Source of the DNA: Ancylonema sp.
Taxonomy: Eukaryota
Assembly (NCBI GenBank): GCA_050230475.1
Contig: JBFLGF010000099.1
Span: 1-64,000 of the forward strand
Direction of reading: 5' to 3'
Length of the DNA stretch: 64,000 nucleotides
The stretch's first letter is position 1, and every line of letters starts with the position of its first letter. Under the pieces are notes generated by a model that worked only from the letters and a program-made list of their open reading frames with translations, had not been told where the DNA came from and did not search any database. The position numbers and the translations under genes are program-made. Of the stretch, positions 39,644-54,433 are shown piece after piece.

Positions 39644-40685
39644 TAGGGTGGGCACCCGTCGTCCGACCGCCGGGCGGCCGGCCGCCATTTCACCAGACCT
39701 CTTTCCACCCGGGTTTCCACCACCCGAACGCGATTGCGCCGTCCGACGGTCCGACCGCCACCCGACCGTTCCGACTGCCCCGACCGCCCCCGTCATTGCG
39801 GGTGGGAGGTAGAATCACGGGCGGATGGAGGTTGGTTGAATGAGCTTTGAGGAGGTTAGCATTAATTGAAGTAGTTTGATTTGTGTGTTGATTTTTTTAT
39901 ATATACTTTCTCATTACTTTGGTTACATGTTCGAATTGCATTTTGTGCCCATTGTAGTTGGACGGCGGGGATGTGCAATAAAAAAATGGATATTTCTGTG
40001 AACAATGGTCGGATTTCCAACGGTTTGCCTCCAAAGGTGCCATCGTTGCCATCTTATGAGTGCAAATCATAACGCCATGAGAAATTGTGAACGAAAAAAA
40101 ATGCTAGGCTACACGCACAATACATATTATTCACTTTCACCATCTTCTTAACAACAAATTGTAGTACGTATCAGTCATGGACAAAAAGTTATGGGTAAAA
40201 ATAAGTATGTACGCTGCGATGTTTCCACGATGAGAGTACTTTCAATCACTTATTTATATTAAAAAAAAATTGCAAACCGGTTCCAAATGCCAACCGGTTC
40301 AAAATAATATATTTTTCAAACTAAAACATCATGATGATTCGCAATACACGGGATCAAAAATAAAGATTCACAACCGCAAAAAACCGAGAGTGTACAATAC
40401 TTGTATGACCTATGTGGACCTACCATCAATATATTCAGTGTTCCATTATATTTAAAAAAATGCCTCATGTTTTTTTCATTTGTCCCACCGCCGTCCAACC
40501 GGTCCAACCGTTAGACCACCGCGTTTGGACGGCGGAATCGCGGTTGGACGGCGGAATCGCGGATGGACGGCGGAATCGCGGTCGGGTGGTGGAATCGCGG
40601 TCGGGTGGCGGTCGGAGCGGTCGGAGGCGGTCGCGGGCGACCGACCGCCGACCGCCACCGATTCTGGCGGGCGGGTTCCAACCTA
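39644..40685. mobile_element. Probable non-autonomous hAT-like element upstream of VPS4
   Basis: Imperfect TIR TAGGGTGGGCACCCG / CGGGTTCCAACCTA, CCGACCG-rich subtermini, 18-bp tandem TGGACGGCGGAATCGCGG at about 40525-40600. No clean TSD. Confidence 0.6.
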
Positions 40686-40969
40686 ACTCCGGGGGAAGTT
40701 CATCGTTTCAAGGAGTCGCGGATCCATCAGAATAAATATTATTCTAAAGGGGGTCCACACCGACTTCACATAACGAGCTTCGTGGTGTCTTCCGTTACTG
40801 ACGCGTATCCCTCTGCAGACAGATCTTGCCATTATACTGAAGCGGCCCACTCTGTCTGGTACAGTTGTGAAGAAGGGCTGAAATCTGCTCGTACTTCACG
40901 GATCAGACTACTGCATACAATTTTGGTGTCACCGACTGACTTTTTTCTTGCTTCTTGGAGTTAGCGAAT

Positions 40970-42921
<1,952 letters not shown>

Positions 42922-44495
42922 GGGTGGACACTGTGGGGGGGATGATTGTGATGCATTGCATTCAGTAGTTTTTGTACAGAGATCAGTATCGAACGGGACA
43001 GGTTAGGTTTGAGTGGAGTCTACACTGAACATTGCTGTGTAAACACATAGAATGGCAGGTGGGCTGCATTGGCCCCTCGTTTTGGTGAATAAGTGAAGGT
43101 TGGGGGTATGTATTTATGTACATTGCTATTGCCCTCCCAGCCATTGCACATGCACTTCGATTTTCTGATTTGTTATTGTTCTAGAAAGACCCAGGTGGTG
43201 TGTATCATAACGCCCTTGTGGTGCTTGCATTTGGGTGAAGACATTGGTTGGCTGACATGTTATAGCTTCTCAAAGATTAGGAACGCAGAAAAAAAAACAG
43301 AAGTTAAGTCCACTGGAATGCTCCATAGAACAGCTTGCTCATAGTTATGGCTCGAGTTTTCCCAGAATGGATTTAAAATGCCAGATTCACATGAAATATA
43401 TTGATTATGATGGGGAATGCATATCATCTTGGCACAATCTGATCTGCACATGAATTTTGCGGTTTGGACGAGTTCAATGCTCGAAGTCAATAACAAATAA
43501 CCAAAATATATTACAACAACTACTCTCTTGCTCATAAATGCGAGTAGGCATTTGTAATTTTAGGTTTCAAGGTTATTCAAATGAGTGAAGTGCGCTTCAA
43601 TCATCATTGTTTGTCACAAATATTGCCTTTGCGACTGGATTTACCCACATTGATGCAACGCAACAAAGTCAGGGTCGTTAAGGCCTAACACAAAAATACC
43701 GTGTGATAACTTTTGATGCCTTGACAACTTCGTTGAGATCAATCGGCAACCCTATTAAGTGTGAGCCAAGTTCCGTTCATCAAAATCTGAATATCCGAAC
43801 ATCTATCCGAACACCCTTCCAAACGTACTTCCGAACAATCTGCCATACAACATTCCGAATCGTGTTTGTAAAATACTCGAATACTTGATATCAAGAACAA
43901 TTCAAAAGTCAACAATCGGTCATTGAGCAACCGGCTTCAAACTGTTTCAACACGAGTCTAGACGTAGGTTGCCGATATCCTACATTCAACTTTTTACACC
44001 CCAGGCACGACCCACTCAACTCCTTGATTGTCTGTTCGTAGTGCACACTCGCGGTTTTTTATTGCTCTAGGTACAAATTCACAATCAATCCCATTTTTTT
44101 GTACAACATGCTAAAAGACACGATCCCGGGTGGAAGGTTGGTTGTAGTTTGTCGCAGACCGTAACCTACTCTAGACCATTCAAAGGTTTTTAGGGGGTGG
44201 TGAGTACTTTTGGAGGGTTGCAGACTTCCCGAAGATAGCCCCCATTCCATTATATCCCAACTTCAGACGGGCGCAAACAACGTGGGTTGATTTCAAGTTA
44301 TTTCCCTGATTGGTGTGGGTTGTCACGAGGGCTTCTTGCTGGCCCCCACAGTGAAGAATCTCGCACCTAGTTTGGAAGTGCGGATGATGTAGGCACATCG
44401 TCGAGAGGAGAGGATGTAGAAAGAGACATATCTTGAAATGGCTCCGAAGCTCGGTAAACCTTCTCCAATCGTTCGGTTCGCTCCATTCACAAATC

Positions 44496-45810
<1,315 letters not shown>

Positions 45811-47885
45811 GAGCAACACAGTACGAGATTGTGACGTATGAGATCTTACCAACATCAAATAAGCAGAGAACAATATATTCAAAACAGTTAAGAAGGCAAC
45901 AATTGATACCAAACCATTTGAAACGCAAGTACAAAGTCAAGTACAACTGGGCGGCCGACTTCAAAACGCACGTCAAATATTCGGCTCAGGAAACTTTGTA
46001 GCCGCCTCAAGTCGACACAAGTATCAATCAAAATGTGGAAAGCATGAACGACTTGAAAATGCGTCACGTTGTGCTCAAATCTTCACCAACTATTGGTGAA
46101 TAACGATGTCCACTAGCGTATGGCTTGAACACTTAAGCTTGGGTCCACGGCTCCACAAGGATTTGATATTCGAGTTTAAGAGCCTTCCTTTCAGTCGGCA
46201 ACAATTGCGTCAAGTCGGTTTAAAAACGAATATGAAAATGATTATCGTTTTGAGAACATGATGTAATCAGTAGGTTGATGCACGTCAATTCAGTTTCGCT
46301 TTGACGATCCTACTATACAATCGAATACGTTATCAAATAAAAGATTATTGGTGATCCAATAATAGATGAGTGCCGGCGCGTCTTGGTGGCGGTACTATCT
46401 AGTATATATCGTTCAATTACATGGCGAAGCTTTGCACCAACTTTAATATGATCAAGTAATGGGCGTTGGCCCTAGGCCACCATCCATCTCTATAAGCATA
46501 TCCTCTTGATGGCATTAGTGTCGATCTAAATAAAGGACCGAAATAGACGACAAGAACAAAATTGTCGGTTTGTTACACTCGCCCCCGCTAAACTATAGAT
46601 CTCCGCATCGAATGCAAAAAGGATAGTGGGACTTGAACTACGACACAATCAACTCCATATCGCCCGCCGAAGTAGGCTTGAATTCACTAATGGGTCGGAT
46701 GGAATCAACAAGCTTGATGTCGATGAATTTGAGAACATCGATGAATGAGCATCGATGAAAACATGATTTATTTTGTCGTTATTGGAGTGAATGAAGTTGG
46801 CTTGTTTTTCATGAATATTTTATGAATTCAAAGAATCATGAGTGGCTTTGTAATTGTTATTCGGTCTAATTCAGAGTGTTTGGTTGAATTGGTCTCAGTT
46901 GACAAAACCATGTATATACATATAAGTTTGAATATGTATCGCCGCTATATGTGACTTATCAACGGACTTTGAATAAGCTACAACCGTTTGACTGCGATGC
47001 GCTCGATGCCATACACGGGAGGACTTCAAAATGGCGAAGGATTTATCAAAAATAAATTGTACAATAATTTAAATAAAATGCAACACACGAATATTGTTAC
47101 AAACTATCTCGAGGCAAGTAGCAGAATATATTTCTTTACATGATAATACAAAAACATATGAATTTCCTCAACTTACACGAAACGGTACAAAGGAAACAAC
47201 AAGTTGCATGAAAAAACGGCAAAACATACTAAACTGCATCAAGTTCAATGAACGGTTTTTGGTCGGGCGACAATATACACAAACATTGGAGCTCTCGAAT
47301 TTATTGAGATATAATTGTAAATGCAATCGTATCTTTTCATTGGTTAATCCTAGGGGATGATTTCGGGATATGATTCGGTAAGAAACATTTCTTTAGTACG
47401 GGATATTTTCATATACGGAAATTTTAGCGGGGCGCATAATATCGATAGGAAGTATTTTCACTGGCCCGCTTACGAGATCTAGTCACTATAGATAAATCGG
47501 TGGGGACCACACTCGGGATGACTAGATTGGACGATCAGTTGACTAGGATTAGCGGCGCCGCAACCTTATCCGGTGCGCTAGGATATTCTAGGATCTTTGT
47601 ACCCTCAAGGGATATAGCCTACTCGGCGACAATCTCTAATCAATTCGATCAAGACATCCTTCTAACAATTATCGACTTGATAATGGTGTATGTTATTGAT
47701 CATTCCACCTTCCGTGAATAGTGTTACATTCACCGGATTGAAGTGACAAGCCACATGAGTTTGGCCCTGTCGAGAGTAGGAAAACAAGTCGAACATGGTA
47801 TCAGAGCTATGGTCGCTCTTGAGGAGGACCCGCATGTCAACTATGTGTTCATGACGCTGGACGTAAAACCAGATTCGCAATCTGG

Positions 47886-48034
47886 CGAGGCACGTGGCAT
47901 GGGAGGGCGAAACGCCTACTTTCCCGGCGACCATTACGAGGCCCGCGGCATGGGAGGGCACAGAGCCTACTTTCCCGGCGACCATTGCAAGGCACGCGGC
48001 ATGGGAGGGCACAAAGCCTACTTTCCCGGCGACC
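47886..48034 (+). repeat. Three 51-bp tandem repeats inside the LTR element
   Basis: Unit core GGCATGGGAGGGC...GCCTACTTTCCCGGCGACC; 17-codon period. Confidence 0.92.
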
Positions 48035-48291
48035 TTTGGAAGCGTCAGTCGAAGTATAGGTTGTCAACAACATGAGAAGTATCGAGACGATAAGACGCGG
48101 AGAGAAAATCAGAAGTGCATGGCAAGTGAAGTATATTTTGCACAACTCAGCCCGTGTGTGAATCATCTTGCGGAGGCACGTGAGAGAGAGGGAGAGTCCG
48201 TACCAACACTCCGGAGTATCCAAGTGCTTAAGCAAACTCTCGCGAGCAACAGGGATCACCGTGGCATCATCAACGTCGGTGACGGGAGTGC

Positions 48292-49830
48292 ATGGGAATT
48301 GGACCCGAATTGGAGGGAAGAGAGGACGACGTCGATTGGTACAAAAGAATCCAAGACGCGGCAAAAAATTACATCGAGTCAAGGAGGGATGATATAGAAA
48401 AAGGGCGGCCAGAAATGCAAAGGCTTGAGCGTGATGGAAATCAGAAATCAGAAATCGCAAGTTCAGAAATTAAAAAATCAGAAATCAAAAAGGGTTATCA
48501 GCTGATAGAGATGGCTGAAGAGGACGAGGTCTCGTGGCTGGACGCATACGTTGAGGAAGAGGAAAATGATCTGATTGGATGGGTAGACTACGTCGATTGG
48601 TACACCACAGAACGAGCTGAGAATCCAGATTTGCAAGTTCATGGGACAAGTGATGATGTGGCTATGATCGGAGGGGTAACCAGAATTCAAAATTCAGAAG
48701 TGACAAATCAGGAATGCCGAGAAGGATTCGATCATTGGATAAAATCGAAAGAGCTTGAAGAGAAGGAGAAGTCAGCCAGTCTTCGAGCCGAGGGCGAGAA
48801 TTCTGAAGTCAGCCTCGACGTCAAGCTCGGCGACGACACTTCGCCATGCGGTGCGGGAGTCATAAGTGCCGGAGTCCGGAAATCGACGGAGCCGGAAACT
48901 TCGAGGAATCCCCCGATCATAGCGAACATGAAACCAGCCCGAGAGTTCAAGGAGGAGAGGTTCGTGAGCATGGGCGTGTGTACGACAAACACCAATCATC
49001 GGAGAATCCAGGAAGGAGAGAAAGTTCCTTTGCACGGAAGTGGGCCCGGAGATGGGGCCAGAAATGATAACCGTGGTGGAGAAGAATGCTACGTCGAGAG
49101 GGACTCGTCGGAGAAAAGCGTTCGTGGTGAAGTTCAAGAGGGCCTTTCAGTAGCTGAAAAGTGGAAGGATGCGTGCGGTTCCCCCATCAAAGGTGTACAC
49201 GATGGCGACTTGCTGATCGAGAAACAGAATGTGGAGAAGGGTACAGCGGCGAATCGTGATGGTGAGGATGAGGAAAGTGCGAATGGAGAGCTTTATGAGA
49301 GAGACAAATTCAGCCGTGAGATTATGCGAAATGATGTGAGTAAAATGGGATGCATCGGTCTTCGAGTGAGACAAGCAGCCATGGAGGATGGAGTTACCGG
49401 TCCTCAAAGTGTTACGAACTCCGGGGGTGTCAGAATCGACTGTGATAAGAGCGTGCAAGTTTTTTCGATGAGCATGGTGATAAAGGTGGAGATGAATGTA
49501 TTTGTGAGTGATCAGGGCTATCAGTATGATGAGGCTGGGCAATACGAAGTTCAGGGAGCGGCAAGAATGGTCGGAAAAGTACCGGAGACTCCACGAGGTG
49601 TCGGAAAGCGCCGTTTCGACGATATAGTGAGGATTTTCAAAAAGGGGTGGACAAGGTTCGAAGTTTTGGGTAACATTAAGTCTTTGGTTACTGTTCGGAA
49701 GCATTATGATGTGGGGGTTGCGAAAATGTGGTCAGCCGTGGTGTCAAGCAAAATTTATAACGGCATGATTTGCGCGATGATATTTCGAGGGCTAATGGCG
49801 TGCGCAGGGGATCACAACTTCTATGAGTAG
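48292..49830 (+). CDS. 512-codon acidic ORF of unknown function inside the LTR element
   Basis: Uninterrupted sense-strand ORF with no recognisable catalytic motif; translation unproven. Confidence 0.5.
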   Translation: MGIGPELEGREDDVDWYKRIQDAAKNYIESRRDDIEKGRPEMQRLERDGNQKSEIASSEIKKSEIKKGYQLIEMAEEDEVSWLDAYVEEEENDLIGWVDYVDWYTTERAENPDLQVHGTSDDVAMIGGVTRIQNSEVTNQECREGFDHWIKSKELEEKEKSASLRAEGENSEVSLDVKLGDDTSPCGAGVISAGVRKSTEPETSRNPPIIANMKPAREFKEERFVSMGVCTTNTNHRRIQEGEKVPLHGSGPGDGARNDNRGGEECYVERDSSEKSVRGEVQEGLSVAEKWKDACGSPIKGVHDGDLLIEKQNVEKGTAANRDGEDEESANGELYERDKFSREIMRNDVSKMGCIGLRVRQAAMEDGVTGPQSVTNSGGVRIDCDKSVQVFSMSMVIKVEMNVFVSDQGYQYDEAGQYEVQGAARMVGKVPETPRGVGKRRFDDIVRIFKKGWTRFEVLGNIKSLVTVRKHYDVGVAKMWSAVVSSKIYNGMICAMIFRGLMACAGDHNFYE

Positions 49831-51705
49831 AGTGTATCATTGTATGTGCTAACGGTCGAAGTTTGATTTCAAGTAGACGAATACTTTAAGGTTGTTTCAA
49901 AACCATCGGTACGATTCGGGAGAGAGTCGTTGCGTTTCTTTGCATGTCGTTTTCTGTCTTCCGCCAATAGGGGGTGTTTGGTGAAGTATTGGCGGAGAGA
50001 CACCTTGTCAATTGAGTGCGTACCAGTTTGAGATGAGACAGTATTATGAAACTAAATTTCGTGAGGCTAAAGAAAAAGTATATTTTGATAAGCTTGCAAA
50101 GTTTTAGGACGAGGTGGTGAGTTTTCGATAATAAGTGAAACTTCTTAGACGGACCAGATTCAGAGTTTTCAGAGGGCCCATGGGGAGTGGACGTTTTCCA
50201 TTTGGGGGGTGTAGTACATTGTGGTACATTGGGAAAGATCAGTAGTACAAAAAAAATGGGGGGTGACTTGGATTACAACATGCGAGCGGATTTTGAGATT
50301 GGGGTTTAGAAGATACAATAAGCTGTTGTTTTTTAATAATACAAGTTTGGGAGTAAGGGGTGTGGCATTTTCATTAGGGGGTGTATTGAGATATAATTGT
50401 AAATGCAATCGTATATTTTCATTGGTTAATCCTAGGGGATGATTTCGGGATATGATTTGGTTAGAAACATTTCTTTAGTACGGGATATTTTCATATACGG
50501 AAATTTTAGCGGGGCGCATAATATCGATAGGAAGTATTTTCACTGGCCCGCTTACGAGATCTAGTCACTATAGATAAATCGGTGGGGACCACACTCGGGA
50601 TGACTAGATTGGACGATCAGTTGACTAGGATTAGCGGCGCCGCAACCTTATCCGGTGCGCTAGGATATTCTAGGATCTTTGTACCCTCAAGGGATATAGC
50701 CTACTCGGCGACAATCTCTAATCAATTCGATCAAGACATCCTTCTAACAATTATCGACTTGATAATGGTGTATGTTATTGATCATTCCACCTTCCGTGAA
50801 TAGTGTTACATTCACCGGATTGAAGTGACAGCCCAGCATGAGTTTGGCCTTGTCGAGAGTAGGAAAACAAGTCGAAAGAATTGACGTTGTGTTGACGTCA
50901 GTAAAAAAGACGCGCAATAGCGCGGTAAGGAATGAATAAAACGACGATGCACATACTACGCGATAATTTCAAGACTCAAACAACATGCGAGAAAATACAA
51001 ACCCACTTCAATGAAGTGATGTGACGTTTGTAGCATGTCAAGCTTCATCAGGCAAAATTGCAGATGTGAGCGACTCTTATCGACAAAACGACGACAACCG
51101 ACAACACGTGGCCAAAATTACGGACAAGAAAATGTGTCATCTCAAACTAGAAGGCTAGCTTGATATAACATAACAACACTTGCCAAAACACAAAAATATG
51201 TTGATGAAACATACACTGCGCTACATCGACGCCTTTGAGAAATCAATACGACAACATTTCATAGTTCCCAGTACACAAACTTCACAAGTAACCTTTCGGT
51301 CTGACAAGGAAGCTTCACTACCAGAACCCAAAGCTACCTTGAATGTGTTTTATTGGAGTGATTGTCAAAGAGTGTAAGCGTGCAAAAAAACACGAACGAA
51401 GTTTTCAATAATGCACTTGATTGACGCAATCACGTCTAAATACGTCACGCTACAATATAAACGGCACTTTCCAATTAGGTGTTTGAAGATAATCCTTTCC
51501 CTTCTTTTTTTTTTAATAAAGTGATCATCGTGTGAATGTTTGCAATGCAATCATCAAGTGCCTTGCCACTTGGCCGGGACTGAGGTTGGAGGTGCCCGAA
51601 GCGATACCGCGACGTGCAAATGATTGATTTAACTATTTCGCAAAATGAACGGGCTTAGCGATTCTAAAAAGAACGCGTATAGGTTTTTTTACGGATAATT
51701 CTCTC

Positions 51706-52759
51706 CATAGTTGCACCGACGAGCGGACCGTGGTTCCGGCTTCCGGTTCCAGACCGAGGTCCATCTGTTTTGGCCGAAAATCCGGGCTATATGTTTAGGG
51801 TAATATCTGTTTTTGGGGGTCTAAAGAGGTTTTCCGTGGAGGAAAAACTCCGGAAATGTTTGAATCGTGGACATTTTTTTTTTTGTTGCATTTTACAAAA
51901 TATCAATATAAAAATTGTCACATTGAGTATGTTATGAGTAACCTAAGCCTGTTATGCTTAGGAGAAGGAGTGTTTTCTCACTAGAAACCCCTAAAATATA
52001 CACTTAGGGAGGATTTTTTCCCCGACTATTTGGGATCAAAATGCATACCATTTTCTTTTTGCATGCAGTCTTTTGAAACAACAAAGTGGAATATTTCACG
52101 TTCAAATCTGAATATCAATCAAATATCAACATGTCATTTACACGATCAATGATAAAAGTTGGCTCAACTCAATTTTATATCCTCCCGGATACATTTGACT
52201 TACATATAATCTTAAACTTCATGCATGAAAACATGTTGCGACACCTTCAGATTCAGCCACGCGTATTATAACAATACACTACACAACACCATACACTTTT
52301 TGACAAGCAAAGTAGTCATTACATCATAGTGAGATGATGCACATAAGTACAACAGTTTATATCAAATAAACCGTATAATATAATACATATACGGGTGGGT
52401 ACCATTTTTATTTTATTTTATCGCCATTTTGTGGTCCGAATGGTGAAACATTCAAAATCGACATAGCAATTCTATACGCGTGTTGTACTAATCGTACCCA
52501 TGACATTATTGCTACCGAACAAGGAAGCTAAGGTGAATGGTGAATTGTGAATATGTGTGCGACAATCCAAATCATTTTTGCGAACCCAAAAAACCAACCT
52601 CTCGATCAATGAAGCGGTTGGATGAGAGCGAGTTGTTTTTTTTTCCCGATTTCCCCCCCCGCGAGAAAATGGAAATGCAAAATAAGCCTATTTAGTCTCT
52701 CGGTCCAATCGGGTCTCGAGTCCGGACCCGGTCTGAACGCGGTCCAAATACAACATATG
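51706..52759. mobile_element. Possible hAT-like non-autonomous element, CATAGTTG family
   Basis: CATAGTTGCA / TACAACATATG ends and GGACC/CCGG subterminal motifs; no TSD found. Confidence 0.45.
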
Positions 52760-52983
52760 GCCGATGTATTCAACTACGCTTTTGTGTGACCAATATTGTA
52801 CACCCGTCAGATATAATAATCGCATTCGGAGGCGCCCGCAATCGACCACGCTGGTGGGGGTAAGACGTTGGGACTGTCACGCCCGCGGGATGGGGTATCT
52901 TCTATTGTTCGGGTGTTTGAAACTCCACAATAAACAATGTGTGAATATCAACCACATGCCCTACTTCATAATATCCACGGTAG

Positions 52984-53447
52984 CACTGATACGGGTACGC
53001 GTATTGGTATCGGATACGGATACGGATGGGGAAGGTCTCCCGTATCGGATTTTCGATACGGATTCCCCCCCCCCCCCCTAGTTTAGACCGATTTTCCACA
53101 TTAGTTTGCATGTTTTACCCTCTCAATATGGAAAGTTTTTAGTCATTTTTTATTTCATTATTACATCAAAAATATTCATCATATTCATTCTCCATTTTTA
53201 CGTATTCCAAGTATTTCAAATAAGTGTTCAAAGTATTTATTCTTTGCCAACATATGATTCATTTTCATATACGGACATAGGTGAAGGTGGAACCACGAAA
53301 ATATGGATATTTTTTCCACGCGTAAAATATTTGCCGTGTCGGAACCCGGTTTTGCCGTATCGCGGGCAAAAAGTGTCGTATCGGCGTACCCGTATGCGTA
53401 TCGGCGTATCCGACGGCGTGTCGAAGGGTACCTAGCCCGTATCAGTG
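52984..53447. mobile_element. MITE with CACTGATACGGG TIRs
   Basis: CACTGATACGGG...CCCGTATCAGTG with many CGTATCG/GGATACG subterminal motifs; superfamily unresolved. Confidence 0.75.
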
Positions 53448-53545
53448 TTAATATGATAATATCCAACCAGAACACAATACAAAACATGAGCCAGTGAAAA
53501 AACATGCTTCTCGACATGCTTCTTCATGCTTCTTGATTCGAAGTA

Positions 53546-54105
53546 CAGTAAACCCTTGATATAGTGACACTCGATATAGTGACAATTACGATATAGTGAC
53601 ATTTTTTATGCCCTTTTTCTAATCCTATATAAAAACCCACTCGATATAGTGACAATGACTATAGTGACACACGTTAAAGTGACTAAATTTTCCCAGGTTT
53701 TACTATTGAAATGTCACTATAGAGTGAAAATTGTCTAAAATAACGTTGTGAAAATTAATAACATCCCAACTCTAATGGAAAATAATTAATTATAAATTAA
53801 TAACCTCTCTGAATTAATATTCTATACGTGTCCTAACATTATTACATCGAAGAGGTTTTGTTGTAGCGAGTGGATATTAGAACAAACACCATAAAGATGA
53901 CCTACCTTCTTCAATAAAAACCCCTTCGCACCCGATCTGGTTGCTCAAAATAACCTAAAATTCACTTTCCTTCGATATAGTGACATTGGCTCAATGTCGC
54001 CCTATTAAATGTCACTATATAGTGTACAGTGACACCCCTGGCATTCGATATGGTGACATTATTTTCCACTGTCTATAAAATTGTCACTATATCAAGGGTT
54101 TACTG
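53546..54105. mobile_element. pogo/Tigger-like MITE in the SPS upstream region
   Basis: Perfect 24-bp TIR CAGTAAACCCTTGATATAGTGACA, TA on both flanks, internal GATATAGTGACA repeats. Confidence 0.92.
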
Positions 54106-54433
54106 TAAAATCCCCAAATGCAGCGGGTAAACTCGCCAGCTGTCGAAGACAGGCGAGAATATTCCCGCCCGTACTCGGGTAAACTTTCGGTACGCGTGGC
54201 GGGCTCTGAATCGTCAATTTCCCACGCGCGACAGATGGCATTGCACCCTCCGTGATCGACGCGTGTCACAATAATGTAGAGCGTAAGCTTCCCAGGATTC
54301 GCAGTAGTCGAATACCTCTGTCATCCGTCTACCGCTCAGAAGACAACTCCAGAAAACACTCTTTAGACAGCACTGCATAGCAAAAAGTGCTCTGACATCA
54401 GAGACCTGGAGTATCCCCCACAGAAATTTAGGA

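Larger units (their letters stand above)
47302..50877 (+). mobile_element. Non-autonomous LTR retroelement (3.6 kb) with non-canonical ends
   Basis: Near-identical LTRs 47302-47795 and 50384-50877, both starting TATTGAG; TSD GAATT; PBS TGGTATCAGAGC at 47796; G-tract before the 3' LTR; no RT or integrase motifs seen. Confidence 0.93.

Noticed and set aside
43790..43862. Degenerate 12-bp TCCGAAC repeats
   Set aside because: Short and decayed, with no associated structure found.
45840..47296. Possible coding remnant, including an LGGGT string near 46382
   Set aside because: No sustained frame or further motifs, so nothing can be supported.
47886..48034. 51-bp repeats as a CRISPR-like array
   Set aside because: Units are contiguous with no unique spacers, and there are no cas genes in this eukaryotic context.
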